A DNA stretch of 24,160 bases from Ignavibacteriales bacterium (GCA_027080245.1 JALWSN010000214.1:1-24160); one strand, 5' to 3'; counted from the first letter of the stretch, positions 14,541 to 23,289 are shown. Notes: a model not told the origin generated them from the sequence alone. Program-made: numbers and translations.

Positions 14541-16487
14541 ATGAAAATGAAAAAAGAAATTGAAAATTTACGCAACGAGCGGTTTGTAAGCCGCGCGGCT
14601 GTGGTGAAATCCGATATAATCGATGTTAAGAACCGGACAATCAGGACGGTGCTTGCAACGGAAACTCCTGCGGAAGTTTTCGATTGGGAGCGCTGGGAAG
14701 TTGTTCGGGAAATTCTAATGATTACTGACGATTCCGTAATGCTACCGGATAATCGTCAAGTTCCGCTTGTAGATACTCACGTCCGTTCCTCTGTGGAAAA
14801 GCTCAAGGGGTCGATACGAAATCTCCGAATTGAAGGTAACGAGCTTATTGGCGAGACGCAGTTCTCTTCTCTTGCAGAAGACGAGTGGACTAAGGCGCGG
14901 GAGGGACATCTTACAGATGTTTCCGTGGGTTATAGGACTTTCCCCGAAAATACGATCGTCTTAGCTCCGGGCGAAACCGCTAATGTTGGCGGGCGGGAAA
15001 TCAGGAATGATTTTCCGGACAAAAAGACACTGCTCATCCGTACGAAATGGCAGCCTAAGGAAGGCAGCCTTGTAATTGTCGGCGCGGACCCAAAAGCGCA
15101 GTTCCGGAGCTATTTCGAAAGCGAGACGGAAAAAACTACTATGCTCGGGGATTTGAAAAACGAAATAATTTCCGAACTGCAAAAGCAAAGAACCGAAATT
15201 GAGGAAAAAATTAAACATATCACATTTCAAGGAGAGAAAAAAATGGAAGAACCTAAAAACACACTTACGCCGGAGGAAATCCGCAAACAGGAATTGGAGA
15301 GAATCCGTGAAATTGAGGCGCTTAGCCAAAGATTTTTCGGCAAGGCTCCGAATCTCAAAGAAGAAGCGCAGAAAGCGATTCAGGAAGGTAAAAGCATTGA
15401 CGAATTCAGGAATTATATTCTTGACAACTTAGATGCTTCCCAGCCGGTCGAAACTCCGAAAACACAAATCGGAATGAGCAAAAAGGAAATTCAGGAATTC
15501 TCTATTTCACGTGCTATTCTTGCCGCGGCTTCGGGCGATTGGAATATTGCTCCGGGCGAAAGAGAAGCAATTAAGGCAACCGCAGAGGCATTGGGACGTG
15601 AATGGAACGACAAAAAAATTCTCCTGCCTCGTGAAGTTCAGCTCCGTGGCGCAAGGACACTCTATTCCGGCTCTACAGACGGGCAGTATGTTGTTGGAAC
15701 GGACTTGCGCGGAGATGAGTTCATTGAGTATTTGCGCGCAAAAACCGTACTCGGGCAGGCTGGAATGACAATCTTAACCGGCTTGAAAGATAACATCGCA
15801 ATTCCGAAACAGGACGGAGCAGTTTCCATTACAATGGTCGCCGAAGGTTCGGCAGCAACCGCCGCTGATTTGAGTCTTACTCAATTAAGCGCATCTCCAA
15901 AAACCGCAACTGCAAACACTTCATATTCACGGAAATTATTGCTGCAATCTAATCCTTCAATTGACAGCTTAGTAATGACCGACTTGTACCGCCAAATGGA
16001 CATCAAGCGGGATTATATGGGCTTGCACGGAGATGGCGTTGCGCCTAATCCTACCGGCGTTGCAAATACAACCGGTGTTGGCTCAGTAGATATGAGTTTG
16101 GCTGTCGATTGGAGCAAAATTGTTTCTTTCGAAACCGACATCGAAACTGCGAATGCCGACACTCCTTCGCTGAAATGGATTGCAAATCCGGCGGTAAAGG
16201 GGAAACTCAAAACCACATTGAAAGCATCGAACACAGGATTTTTCCTCTGGGAAAACAACGAGATGAATGGCTATCCTGCATTGTGGAGCAGTAATGTTGC
16301 GGCTCAGCATCTTTTCTTTGGCGATTGGAGTCAATTAATGTTCTTAGAGTGGGGCGTTGTGGAAATTATTGTTGATCCTTATACTCACTCCACAAGCGGA
16401 ATAATTGACGTAACAATTCTTGACGAATTCGACTTCATTGTTCGCCAGCCGGGTGCTTTCGCTGTTTCCATAAACGTTGCAGTGTAA
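14541..16487 (+). CDS. Fused prohead protease-scaffold-major capsid protein (HK97 fold)
   Basis: N-terminal LVDTH...DVSVGY (His/Ser protease motifs), E/K-rich coiled coil, C-terminal capsid motifs (SRKLLLQS, FFGDWSQL, VDPY, VRQPGAF); start may be ATG 14547. Confidence 0.92.
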   Translation: MKMKKEIENLRNERFVSRAAVVKSDIIDVKNRTIRTVLATETPAEVFDWERWEVVREILMITDDSVMLPDNRQVPLVDTHVRSSVEKLKGSIRNLRIEGNELIGETQFSSLAEDEWTKAREGHLTDVSVGYRTFPENTIVLAPGETANVGGREIRNDFPDKKTLLIRTKWQPKEGSLVIVGADPKAQFRSYFESETEKTTMLGDLKNEIISELQKQRTEIEEKIKHITFQGEKKMEEPKNTLTPEEIRKQELERIREIEALSQRFFGKAPNLKEEAQKAIQEGKSIDEFRNYILDNLDASQPVETPKTQIGMSKKEIQEFSISRAILAAASGDWNIAPGEREAIKATAEALGREWNDKKILLPREVQLRGARTLYSGSTDGQYVVGTDLRGDEFIEYLRAKTVLGQAGMTILTGLKDNIAIPKQDGAVSITMVAEGSAATAADLSLTQLSASPKTATANTSYSRKLLLQSNPSIDSLVMTDLYRQMDIKRDYMGLHGDGVAPNPTGVANTTGVGSVDMSLAVDWSKIVSFETDIETANADTPSLKWIANPAVKGKLKTTLKASNTGFFLWENNEMNGYPALWSSNVAAQHLFFGDWSQLMFLEWGVVEIIVDPYTHSTSGIIDVTILDEFDFIVRQPGAFAVSINVAV

Positions 16488-16506
16488 TTGAAAATTGAAA
16501 ATTAAA
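16486..16506 (+). repeat. Heptamer tandem repeat (x3)
   Basis: aattgaa aattgaa aattaaa between capsid stop and next RBS. Confidence 0.65.
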
Positions 16507-16522
16507 ATAAGGAGAAAAGAAA

Positions 16523-16708
16523 GTGGCAAAGATTGATTGGCAAAAACCGGAAAAGGTAAAGCTCTTACGTTCCGTGATTGTAAAAGAGCACGGGAAAGAA
16601 AAAGCAAAATCCTACAAAGCCGGGGACATTGTAACTGTTTCCGGTAAGGATAAACACGAGCTTATCGGACGTGGCATCGCAACCTTTGAATTGAAAGGCG
16701 AAAAATAA
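16523..16708 (+). CDS. Small basic protein downstream of capsid gene
   Basis: GTG start with AAGGAG RBS; YKAGDIVTV...ELIGRGIA pattern resembles small post-capsid phage proteins. Confidence 0.65.
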   Translation: MAKIDWQKPEKVKLLRSVIVKEHGKEKAKSYKAGDIVTVSGKDKHELIGRGIATFELKGEK

Positions 16709-17001
16709 TGGATATTCCGGTTGCCGAATTTTTCAACACGGGCTTGGAAGAGGATGCCGTTCTCACAACGGCATCCGCAAGCTCGTCAATTAAGGTGCAT
16801 TTTCTTAATGAATACGAGTCGCTTGGAGCGGAGATACAATTCGAATCTTCTAATCTGCAAGTCTATGCACAAACAAGCGATGTTGAAAACGCTACTCAAG
16901 GGGATAAGCTCTCAATTAATGGAACTGATTATTACATTCTTGAGATGCACCCGGACGGCACTGGAATTACTACGATTCTCTTAAGTGAGGAACAACCGTG
17001 A
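16708..17001 (+). CDS. Head-tail joining / head closure protein (gpFII-like)
   Basis: TSDVENATQGDKLSINGTDYYILEMHPDGTGITTILL beta-barrel pattern; position. Confidence 0.75.
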   Translation: MDIPVAEFFNTGLEEDAVLTTASASSSIKVHFLNEYESLGAEIQFESSNLQVYAQTSDVENATQGDKLSINGTDYYILEMHPDGTGITTILLSEEQP

Positions 17002-17480
17002 CAAAAGAGCAGAAAATATTTTCCTTAATTGTTGCCGGAGTGCAGGGTATATTAACGACTAATGAATACGCAACCGGCAAGAATTACGAGACTGACATCG
17101 GGAATTATTATCAGGATTGGTACGGATTAGTAAATCCGGAAAGCGATACCGATGTTCTGGAAGTTCGGGATGTTTCCGCAAGTGCAGATGAAGAGCAATA
17201 TCCTTTTCAGCGGGAATCTCTCGAAGTTCAGATTGTTTATGCCTGCAAGCGCGGGACGGACACGGCAAATCAATTGCGAAAGGCGAAAGCAGATATTTAC
17301 AGGATGATCGGTGCAAATCTCGATACTTGGCGGGCTACGGTCGGCGGTGATTTGCACCCGGTTCAAATGGGTTGGGAAAAGGAGATTAAGCACGAAAAAG
17401 AAATTTTCGGTGAAATAACAATTACAATTGTTTTTGAATATCAAACTGAATTTTGGCTTGTTGAAGAACCAAATTATTGA
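16998..17480 (+). CDS. Putative tail terminator (gpU-like)
   Basis: 160 aa, acidic, follows head closure gene; ends in beta-strand ITITIVFEYQT; assignment mostly positional. Confidence 0.55.
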   Translation: MTKEQKIFSLIVAGVQGILTTNEYATGKNYETDIGNYYQDWYGLVNPESDTDVLEVRDVSASADEEQYPFQRESLEVQIVYACKRGTDTANQLRKAKADIYRMIGANLDTWRATVGGDLHPVQMGWEKEIKHEKEIFGEITITIVFEYQTEFWLVEEPNY

Positions 17481-17488
17481 GGTAGAAA

Positions 17489-17770
17489 ATGGCAGCTACA
17501 GAAAAATTTTACAACGGTGTTAGCTCGGATAATGTTAGCGTGGACGCACCGGCAACGGATGCGTTTGCAATTACTCCTGATGATGCTTCGGAGCTTACTT
17601 ACATTACACGGGCAATATTTGTGGGGTTGGACGGAGATATTAAGGTGAAAATGAAAGACGGAACAGCGGTGACATTTCAAAATTGTGTCGCGGGCAGTGT
17701 TTTGCCGATACGCGCAAGTCAAGTTTATGCAACCGGCACAACCGCAACTGGATTAATCGGATTGATTTGA
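17489..17770 (+). CDS. Head spike base protein, RcGTA Rcc01079-like
   Basis: AFAITPDD...TRAIFVG..GDIKV....G..VTF....AGSVLPIR...VYATGTTAT family pattern. Confidence 0.8.
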   Translation: MAATEKFYNGVSSDNVSVDAPATDAFAITPDDASELTYITRAIFVGLDGDIKVKMKDGTAVTFQNCVAGSVLPIRASQVYATGTTATGLIGLI

Positions 17771-17780
17771 GGTAAGGGAA

Positions 17781-17915
17781 ATGAAAATTTTTCTTGGATT
17801 ATTTTCTTCTGTCGGGAGAGTAATCCGAAAATTAATTGAAAATAACAGAGTAACTTCTACCGGAGATGTTCGAGTAACATCCTCGGGTAACATAAGAATT
17901 TCAAGGGAGGCATAA
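17781..17915 (+). CDS. 44-aa peptide, candidate spike-fibre adaptor (not in ORF track)
   Basis: Hand translation MKIFLGLFSSVGRVIRKLIENNRVTSTGDVRVTSSGNIRISREA*; GAGG RBS; fills the gap exactly. Confidence 0.7.
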   Translation: MKIFLGLFSSVGRVIRKLIENNRVTSTGDVRVTSSGNIRISREA

Positions 17916-17918
17916 AAA

Positions 17919-19544
17919 ATGGCTAACGTAACAATTTCGCAAATATCTGCAGAATTAACCGATCCTAATAATGGGAAAGAGGATGTAACTTATATCGAGA
18001 CCGACCATTCTACCGATGGAACTAAGAAAATGGCATTGAAAAATATCCGAAAATTGATTACTGAAAAATGGGTAGACCCAAGTGGTGGATATATTATGGA
18101 CGGGAATAATGACGTTATTACAGTTCCGCATAGCTCGGATATTGATTTTTCAACAGACCAAGATTTTTCTTTCGGTAAAACATTTGAGCTTGATGACTGG
18201 ACGCCTTCAAGTGAAATGGTACTTGCACAGAAGTATGATTCTACTAATCATAAGGGTTGGAGATTAAGCCTTACAACTTCTGGTGAGCTAAAACTTTCCT
18301 TTGGTAATGGCACAGATATAACTACTTATGTTTACACTTCCTTTACAACAGGTTTAACCTCCGGGAAACATTTTATCGGTTTTGCCGCTGAAAGAGATAC
18401 AAATAAAACCGGTTATGTTGGCAATGTTGAGTTTTATGTGGACGGACAATCTATCGGAACGGTAGATATTTCGGGTAGTTCTTCGCAAACATTAGCTAAT
18501 TCAAGTGATTTGTTAATAGCAAGCGACGGAACTAATTATTATGCAGAGACAGTTTATCGTCCTTATCTATTTAATATGCTTTTGTCCTCCGCACAATTTG
18601 AGCAACTTTGGAACAACGGCTCACCCGAAACAGCAACTATACCTTATGAGTTGCAAGGGGCAAACGTTGTTAATTCCTTTATTACTGGTTCTTCATCTGA
18701 TTTTGAGGGTGGAGTTGGTTCTTGGACTGCTCAAGATTCTGCTTCTGTTTCTCAATATACCTCTGATGCATATTCTGGTTCGGCTTCATTAAAAATAGAC
18801 ATTACAACTGCTTCGTTATCTTATGATACTGGTGATAAGGCAGTGCTTACGAAAGGTGGCTTAGAACCACGCTATTATATGATTTCTTTTTATGCTAAAT
18901 CGCTTTCTGGTGGGACTTCACTTTTGGTTGGACACACTGGCGGAACTGTTAAAGGGGAAACTTTTTCTATCAATACAACTGACTGGACACATATTATTTC
19001 CATTATTGATAGAACTGATATGAACTCCACTGCATATTTTAAACTTGGATTAGGCGATGCATCTGGCTCGTTTCTTATTGATGATTTTAAGTTGTACAAA
19101 GCTGGCAATGTCCTTGACCTTAAGCCAAGCGGAGCAGGAAATAATGCTTGGGTAGGAACTCTTGGTGGAGCTTCTGTGATAGCTAATACAAGTGGAAGTC
19201 CGATTGTAATTGGCAAAGGAGAGCTTGAAACCTACAAAGACGGACAGAATGGCATTACAGGAGATACTACATTAACCGATATAGCACCCGCAGGTTACAG
19301 GATAAAATCAATCTATTGGAAAGAGACAGCGGGAGGTAGTGCTACGGTAAATATTGGCACAACCGCCTCTGGAACTGATGTAGTAAATGGCTTAAGCGTA
19401 ACTGCCAATGGTGAAGGACTTGCCACAATAAGCAAGGATTTCTTCTCCTCAAGTTCAGACCAGACATTATACATTTCCTCTGCGGATTGGTCTGGTGTAC
19501 CAAGCATTGACCTTATATTTGTATTTGAAAAAATCGGAGGATAA
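17919..19544 (+). CDS. Virion fibre/receptor-binding protein with LamG (concanavalin-like) and CBM4/9-like domains
   Basis: GYIMDGNND...FSF...GWRL...FYVDG (LamG); SDFEGGVGSW...AYSGSASLKI...ISFYAK...LIDDFKL (CBM-like); S/T/G-rich; GGAGG RBS. Confidence 0.75.
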   Translation: MANVTISQISAELTDPNNGKEDVTYIETDHSTDGTKKMALKNIRKLITEKWVDPSGGYIMDGNNDVITVPHSSDIDFSTDQDFSFGKTFELDDWTPSSEMVLAQKYDSTNHKGWRLSLTTSGELKLSFGNGTDITTYVYTSFTTGLTSGKHFIGFAAERDTNKTGYVGNVEFYVDGQSIGTVDISGSSSQTLANSSDLLIASDGTNYYAETVYRPYLFNMLLSSAQFEQLWNNGSPETATIPYELQGANVVNSFITGSSSDFEGGVGSWTAQDSASVSQYTSDAYSGSASLKIDITTASLSYDTGDKAVLTKGGLEPRYYMISFYAKSLSGGTSLLVGHTGGTVKGETFSINTTDWTHIISIIDRTDMNSTAYFKLGLGDASGSFLIDDFKLYKAGNVLDLKPSGAGNNAWVGTLGGASVIANTSGSPIVIGKGELETYKDGQNGITGDTTLTDIAPAGYRIKSIYWKETAGGSATVNIGTTASGTDVVNGLSVTANGEGLATISKDFFSSSSDQTLYISSADWSGVPSIDLIFVFEKIGG

Positions 19545-19545
19545 A

Positions 19546-19797
19546 ATGATAAAGAAAGAAGTGGAAGTTAAAGTATTAAATGAAACCGCCGATATAGCTC
19601 TTGTAAAGGAATATCGTGAAGCGGAGGATATTTATGTTTTTGACTTGGTAAAATCTGTTGAGGAGAAAAAAGGAGATATAACTGATATAACTTATCAAAT
19701 CCTTGCACAAAACAGATATGCCAAAGTCAAGGATGCTCCATTTACGCTAACGGAAGATGAGCTTGAGGAGCTTATCGGGGGAGAAAATGATAATTGA
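19546..19797 (+). CDS. Acidic hypothetical protein
   Basis: ATG 19546 with GGAGG RBS directly after fibre stop. Confidence 0.65.
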   Translation: MIKKEVEVKVLNETADIALVKEYREAEDIYVFDLVKSVEEKKGDITDITYQILAQNRYAKVKDAPFTLTEDELEELIGGENDN

Positions 19798-20011
19798 CAT
19801 TAAAAATAAGATTGTTGAGCTTGAAGAAGAATTGTCTATCCAAGAATTATTAGAAACTGTTAAGAAATATAATATGCAAGATTTCAAGATAGTTCCTAAA
19901 AAAGATATTGAGCACAATCCTGCTCCTACTTATCTTTGGATAGAGCCAAATCCTTATGTTTATCCTACTGTTTGGTATCAGAGAGATATTGCTGAGGATA
20001 GAATATGGTAA
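19787..20011 (+). CDS. Hypothetical protein
   Basis: ATG 19787 with GGGGAG RBS, overlapping previous stop. Confidence 0.6.
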   Translation: MIIDIKNKIVELEEELSIQELLETVKKYNMQDFKIVPKKDIEHNPAPTYLWIEPNPYVYPTVWYQRDIAEDRIW

Positions 20012-20436
20012 TCTACTTAATCTTAATATTATTTCTATTAGCCTTTTGCCTTTCATACACGGCTTTACACGGTTACACTTCCAAGATGATTGAGTATATG
20101 AGCTACAAGAAGGGCAAAGAGAAATTAGCAAGGAAATATAAAGGCTATTTTCATACTGCTGGTGGGATTGTTCGTATTAGCTTGATGGGTATCCTTTCGG
20201 TATTTAATTGGAAGTTAGGAATTACCTATGGTCTATTCTCCTTTACATTCTTCGATGCTCTGCTTAATGCTTGGCGTGGATTAGATTTTTATCACTTTAC
20301 AGGAACTTGCGAGCACTGGGGTAATGGGTTTGATTTCGATTGTATTTGGGTATGGATTCAGAAACACTTAAAGATAGAGCCAATAGTAGTGAAAGCAATA
20401 ATTTCAATAATTATTATCTATTTTATTTATTCATAA
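20005..20436 (+). CDS. Multi-pass membrane protein of unknown function
   Basis: Several hydrophobic segments (N-terminus, about 55-88, C-terminus); GAGG RBS. Confidence 0.65.
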   Translation: MVIYLILILFLLAFCLSYTALHGYTSKMIEYMSYKKGKEKLARKYKGYFHTAGGIVRISLMGILSVFNWKLGITYGLFSFTFFDALLNAWRGLDFYHFTGTCEHWGNGFDFDCIWVWIQKHLKIEPIVVKAIISIIIIYFIYS

Positions 20437-20456
20437 AATTGAAGGAATAATCGTGA

Positions 20457-20702
20457 ATGAACGAAATCGAAAAATTGCGTTGGGATGTAAAAGAACTATC
20501 CAATCAAATCGAGCAAATGAATACTATCCACATCTCAAACGGGCAGGGGAGGCACATTATGTTTAAGCGACACGAATTTTATCAGATGATTTACGATCGC
20601 ACGGTTTTCCGCTGGAAGGATTATGCGAAAGATATTGTAATTATTCTTAGCGTGCTTACAAACATTGCCTTAACACTCAAAGCATTTGGAATTTTGAGGT
20701 AA
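20457..20702 (+). CDS. Putative holin-like protein (single C-terminal TM)
   Basis: Coiled N-terminus plus DIVIILSVLTNIALTLKAFGIL; directly upstream of endolysin. Confidence 0.5.
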   Translation: MNEIEKLRWDVKELSNQIEQMNTIHISNGQGRHIMFKRHEFYQMIYDRTVFRWKDYAKDIVIILSVLTNIALTLKAFGILR

Positions 20703-20705
20703 AAA

Positions 20706-21281
20706 ATGAATTTCGATACTGCTTTTGAGAAAATAATTAAGATTGAAGGTGGTTATGTTGATGATCCTGATGATAAGGGTTGTGAGACTTATGCCGGTAT
20801 TTCCCGCAAATTTAATCCTGATTGGGGAGGCTGGGAAAAGATTGACGAATTGAAAGAGAAAAATGATTTTCCGAAAAATTTGGGAATAAACCCTGTTCTT
20901 TACAGACTGGTAAAAGATTTTTACCACGAAACTTTTTGGGATGCTTTGCAATGCGATTCCCTGCCGAGTTCAATAGCGCAGGAAATTTTTGAGCAAGCCG
21001 TAAATATTGGGAAACATACGGCGGTTAAACATCTACAAAGAGGCATTAATCTTTTAAATCGAAATCAGAAATTATTTCTGGACATAAAAGTTGACGGCAT
21101 TGTTGGTAAGAAAACAATTGAGTCTGTTCAGAAAGTTTGCAGTTCAAAAGAGAGTGAAGAATTATTGTTTAATATTCTTAATATTCTTCAAGGCTCGAAA
21201 TACATTACGTTAATGGAGAGAAATCCGGTATATGAAAAATATATCGGCTGGTTTAAACGAGTAATAATTATGAAGGTGTAA
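20706..21281 (+). CDS. Endolysin, glycoside hydrolase family 108 with peptidoglycan-binding C-terminus
   Basis: EGGYVDDPDDKGCETYAGI catalytic motif; AVNIG, VDGIVGKKT; C-terminal YIGWFKR. Confidence 0.92.
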   Translation: MNFDTAFEKIIKIEGGYVDDPDDKGCETYAGISRKFNPDWGGWEKIDELKEKNDFPKNLGINPVLYRLVKDFYHETFWDALQCDSLPSSIAQEIFEQAVNIGKHTAVKHLQRGINLLNRNQKLFLDIKVDGIVGKKTIESVQKVCSSKESEELLFNILNILQGSKYITLMERNPVYEKYIGWFKRVIIMKV

Positions 21282-21283
21282 TT

Positions 21284-21718
21284 ATGGCAATATGGGATTT
21301 TCTTACGGACGGAGCCGCAAAGGTTGTTGATAGCATTGGAAACGCTATCGACAAATTGACAACGACCGATCAAGAAAAATTGCAGCTTAAAAACGAGCTT
21401 GCAAAGGAGATGAATAAATACAAGTTGGCAATTATGCAGGCGCGTCTGGAATATGAAAAACAACTTACGGAACGCCAAAAAAATGATATGACTTCCGATA
21501 GCTGGCTTTCCAAAAACATTCGTCCAATTATGTTAATTCTTGTTTTCGGATTGTTCACAATATTATCAATTACCAATGGATTTGCCGGCTTGAAATATGA
21601 TACTGCTTATATTGATACAATTAGGATTTGGGGTATTACGGCGTTCACATTCTATTTTGGTTCGAGAGGATTTGAAAAAGTTACAAAAATGAAAGGTGGG
21701 AAAAATGAAAACGGGTGA
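21284..21718 (+). CDS. Holin, 3TM (GTA-type) family
   Basis: AIDKLTTTDQEK, NDMTSDSWLSKNIRP, FYFGSRGFEK signatures. Confidence 0.85.
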   Translation: MAIWDFLTDGAAKVVDSIGNAIDKLTTTDQEKLQLKNELAKEMNKYKLAIMQARLEYEKQLTERQKNDMTSDSWLSKNIRPIMLILVFGLFTILSITNGFAGLKYDTAYIDTIRIWGITAFTFYFGSRGFEKVTKMKGGKNENG

Positions 21719-21941
21719 ATACGTTAAACTTAAAAAACCGGAATTTGCAAAGGTACACGGGCAGGGAGAACCTCCGAAATATTGGCTGGTTAAGTATTCG
21801 GGAAAAGTTTACAAGTTGCACTTTGGAGATGTTTTTAAGCTGACTACAAAATTTGCACCGGTTGGAGACCCGGAAAAAGGTTTGCTTAATATCAATTTTG
21901 CGAAAACACACAAAGAAAATTTTAAAAAAATCAAAAAATAA
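21705..21941 (+). CDS. Basic hypothetical protein
   Basis: ATG 21705 with AGGTGG RBS. Confidence 0.6.
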   Translation: MKTGEYVKLKKPEFAKVHGQGEPPKYWLVKYSGKVYKLHFGDVFKLTTKFAPVGDPEKGLLNINFAKTHKENFKKIKK

Positions 21942-21953
21942 GGAGACTAAATT

Positions 21954-22328
21954 ATGGGCTTCACATATTCGGGAATTAAGAAAGTTGAATATTCTTCTGA
22001 TGGCGGGACTACTTGGGTGGACTTGGGGACGCCTCTTTCCGATTCCACAATTGGTTTTGAGCCGCAGGAAAGCGAAACAGGGAAAGGCACGAGTCTTTAT
22101 GCCGGTGAGAAAAAAGAACACGTTTTTCACATTCCTGATCTCTCGAAATACTCTGCTCTCGAAACAATTATGAAAGCAGATACCGAAATTGATGTTCGTG
22201 TAACGGATGTGGAAGGCAATACCGAAACAATCGCAGAAGACGCAACCGTAAAAGTTAAGAAAGTTTATGCGGGCGCAGTTGGAAATCGTAATTACTTCGA
22301 GATGAAAGTTACAACTTTTGAAGCGTGA
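21954..22328 (+). CDS. Putative tail tube protein (paralog 1, core domain only)
   Basis: 124 aa, beta-rich, T/G/E-rich; AAGGAG RBS; homologous to N-termini of next two genes; tube call is inference. Confidence 0.6.
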   Translation: MGFTYSGIKKVEYSSDGGTTWVDLGTPLSDSTIGFEPQESETGKGTSLYAGEKKEHVFHIPDLSKYSALETIMKADTEIDVRVTDVEGNTETIAEDATVKVKKVYAGAVGNRNYFEMKVTTFEA

Positions 22329-23281
22329 TGATTTCAGGAACTAAGCGGGCGGCGGTTTATGATCCTTCCGACGGAACTGTTGTGCAGTTCAATAATCTTA
22401 TGCCGGAAGGTGATTTCAAAGTAAGAGAAAGTCTGGAAGATGAGACCGGAGTTGGAAATACAATTTTTTCCGGTGAGAAATCGACGGTCTCTTTCTTCTC
22501 TTTCGATGTTTCCGCTTATTCGCAGCTTAATATTTGGTCTGAAGCTGAAACGCCTTTGAGGCTGGTAATTGAGGGAGTTGAGAATCATATTCTCTGGTAT
22601 GAGGATGTTGCAGTTAAGGTAGAGCCTCATTACAAGGGAGCTGTTGGCGAGCTTAACGGAATTTCAATTACTTTCCATAAGAAAGGTGGTTTGCAAAGTG
22701 TTTACAACCTTAAGAATTTGTTGATCGGGGCTATTGGAGCGCCTTGGGCAACGGATTCCAATAATGACGGTATTGTGGACGGAATTGTTTTTTCGCTTGT
22801 TTCGGGGGCGGAGCCGGATTATTCGATTTTTTATTCACGTTATCAGGGAATTACAAGCGCGGGAACGGGTGAAATTACCGCGACAATGCAGATTGAATTT
22901 CCTCTTGCCGGAGTTGAGCTTACTGCATTCCCTAATATTTATTTGAATGATAACACTTTTAATTCGCACACATTGAAAGCGGTAGATTTTTCGGGAACGG
23001 TTCTTGCGAGTGCAACTTCAACAAATCCTGAAGAAACAATTTCCATAACAACACCGGCAAATACGTACAAAATAATTTACGAGCTTGCGGATATTACTCT
23101 CGGAGACGCAGGCAAAATTACAAATATTGACGTGCCTTATCTCGGCACAGATGCTGAAAATTATCAAGATATTTGCGAGTGGGGTTTTGCGACGGACCCG
23201 ACTACTTATGACAGAGTTACTTCCAGCGGAGATACAAGAACAACTTCCATTGGAAATGAAAGAATAGCAGTAATAATTTGA
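22325..23281 (+). CDS. Tail-tube-like paralog 2 with C-terminal extension and RVTS-G motif tail
   Basis: 318 aa; colinear with 23290-24147; N-terminal ~122 aa aligns with 21954-22328. Confidence 0.7.
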   Translation: MMISGTKRAAVYDPSDGTVVQFNNLMPEGDFKVRESLEDETGVGNTIFSGEKSTVSFFSFDVSAYSQLNIWSEAETPLRLVIEGVENHILWYEDVAVKVEPHYKGAVGELNGISITFHKKGGLQSVYNLKNLLIGAIGAPWATDSNNDGIVDGIVFSLVSGAEPDYSIFYSRYQGITSAGTGEITATMQIEFPLAGVELTAFPNIYLNDNTFNSHTLKAVDFSGTVLASATSTNPEETISITTPANTYKIIYELADITLGDAGKITNIDVPYLGTDAENYQDICEWGFATDPTTYDRVTSSGDTRTTSIGNERIAVII

Positions 23282-23289
23282 GGTGAAAA

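Noticed and set aside
17913-17921. Programmed readthrough as the main way the fibre is expressed
   Set aside because: The fibre has its own GGAGG RBS 8 nt upstream of ATG 17919 and TAA is an efficient stop; kept only as an alternative in the finding
20005-20070. Lipoprotein signal / spanin (LLAFC)
   Set aside because: No positively charged n-region, Phe at the -1 position is non-consensus, and the protein has further TM segments
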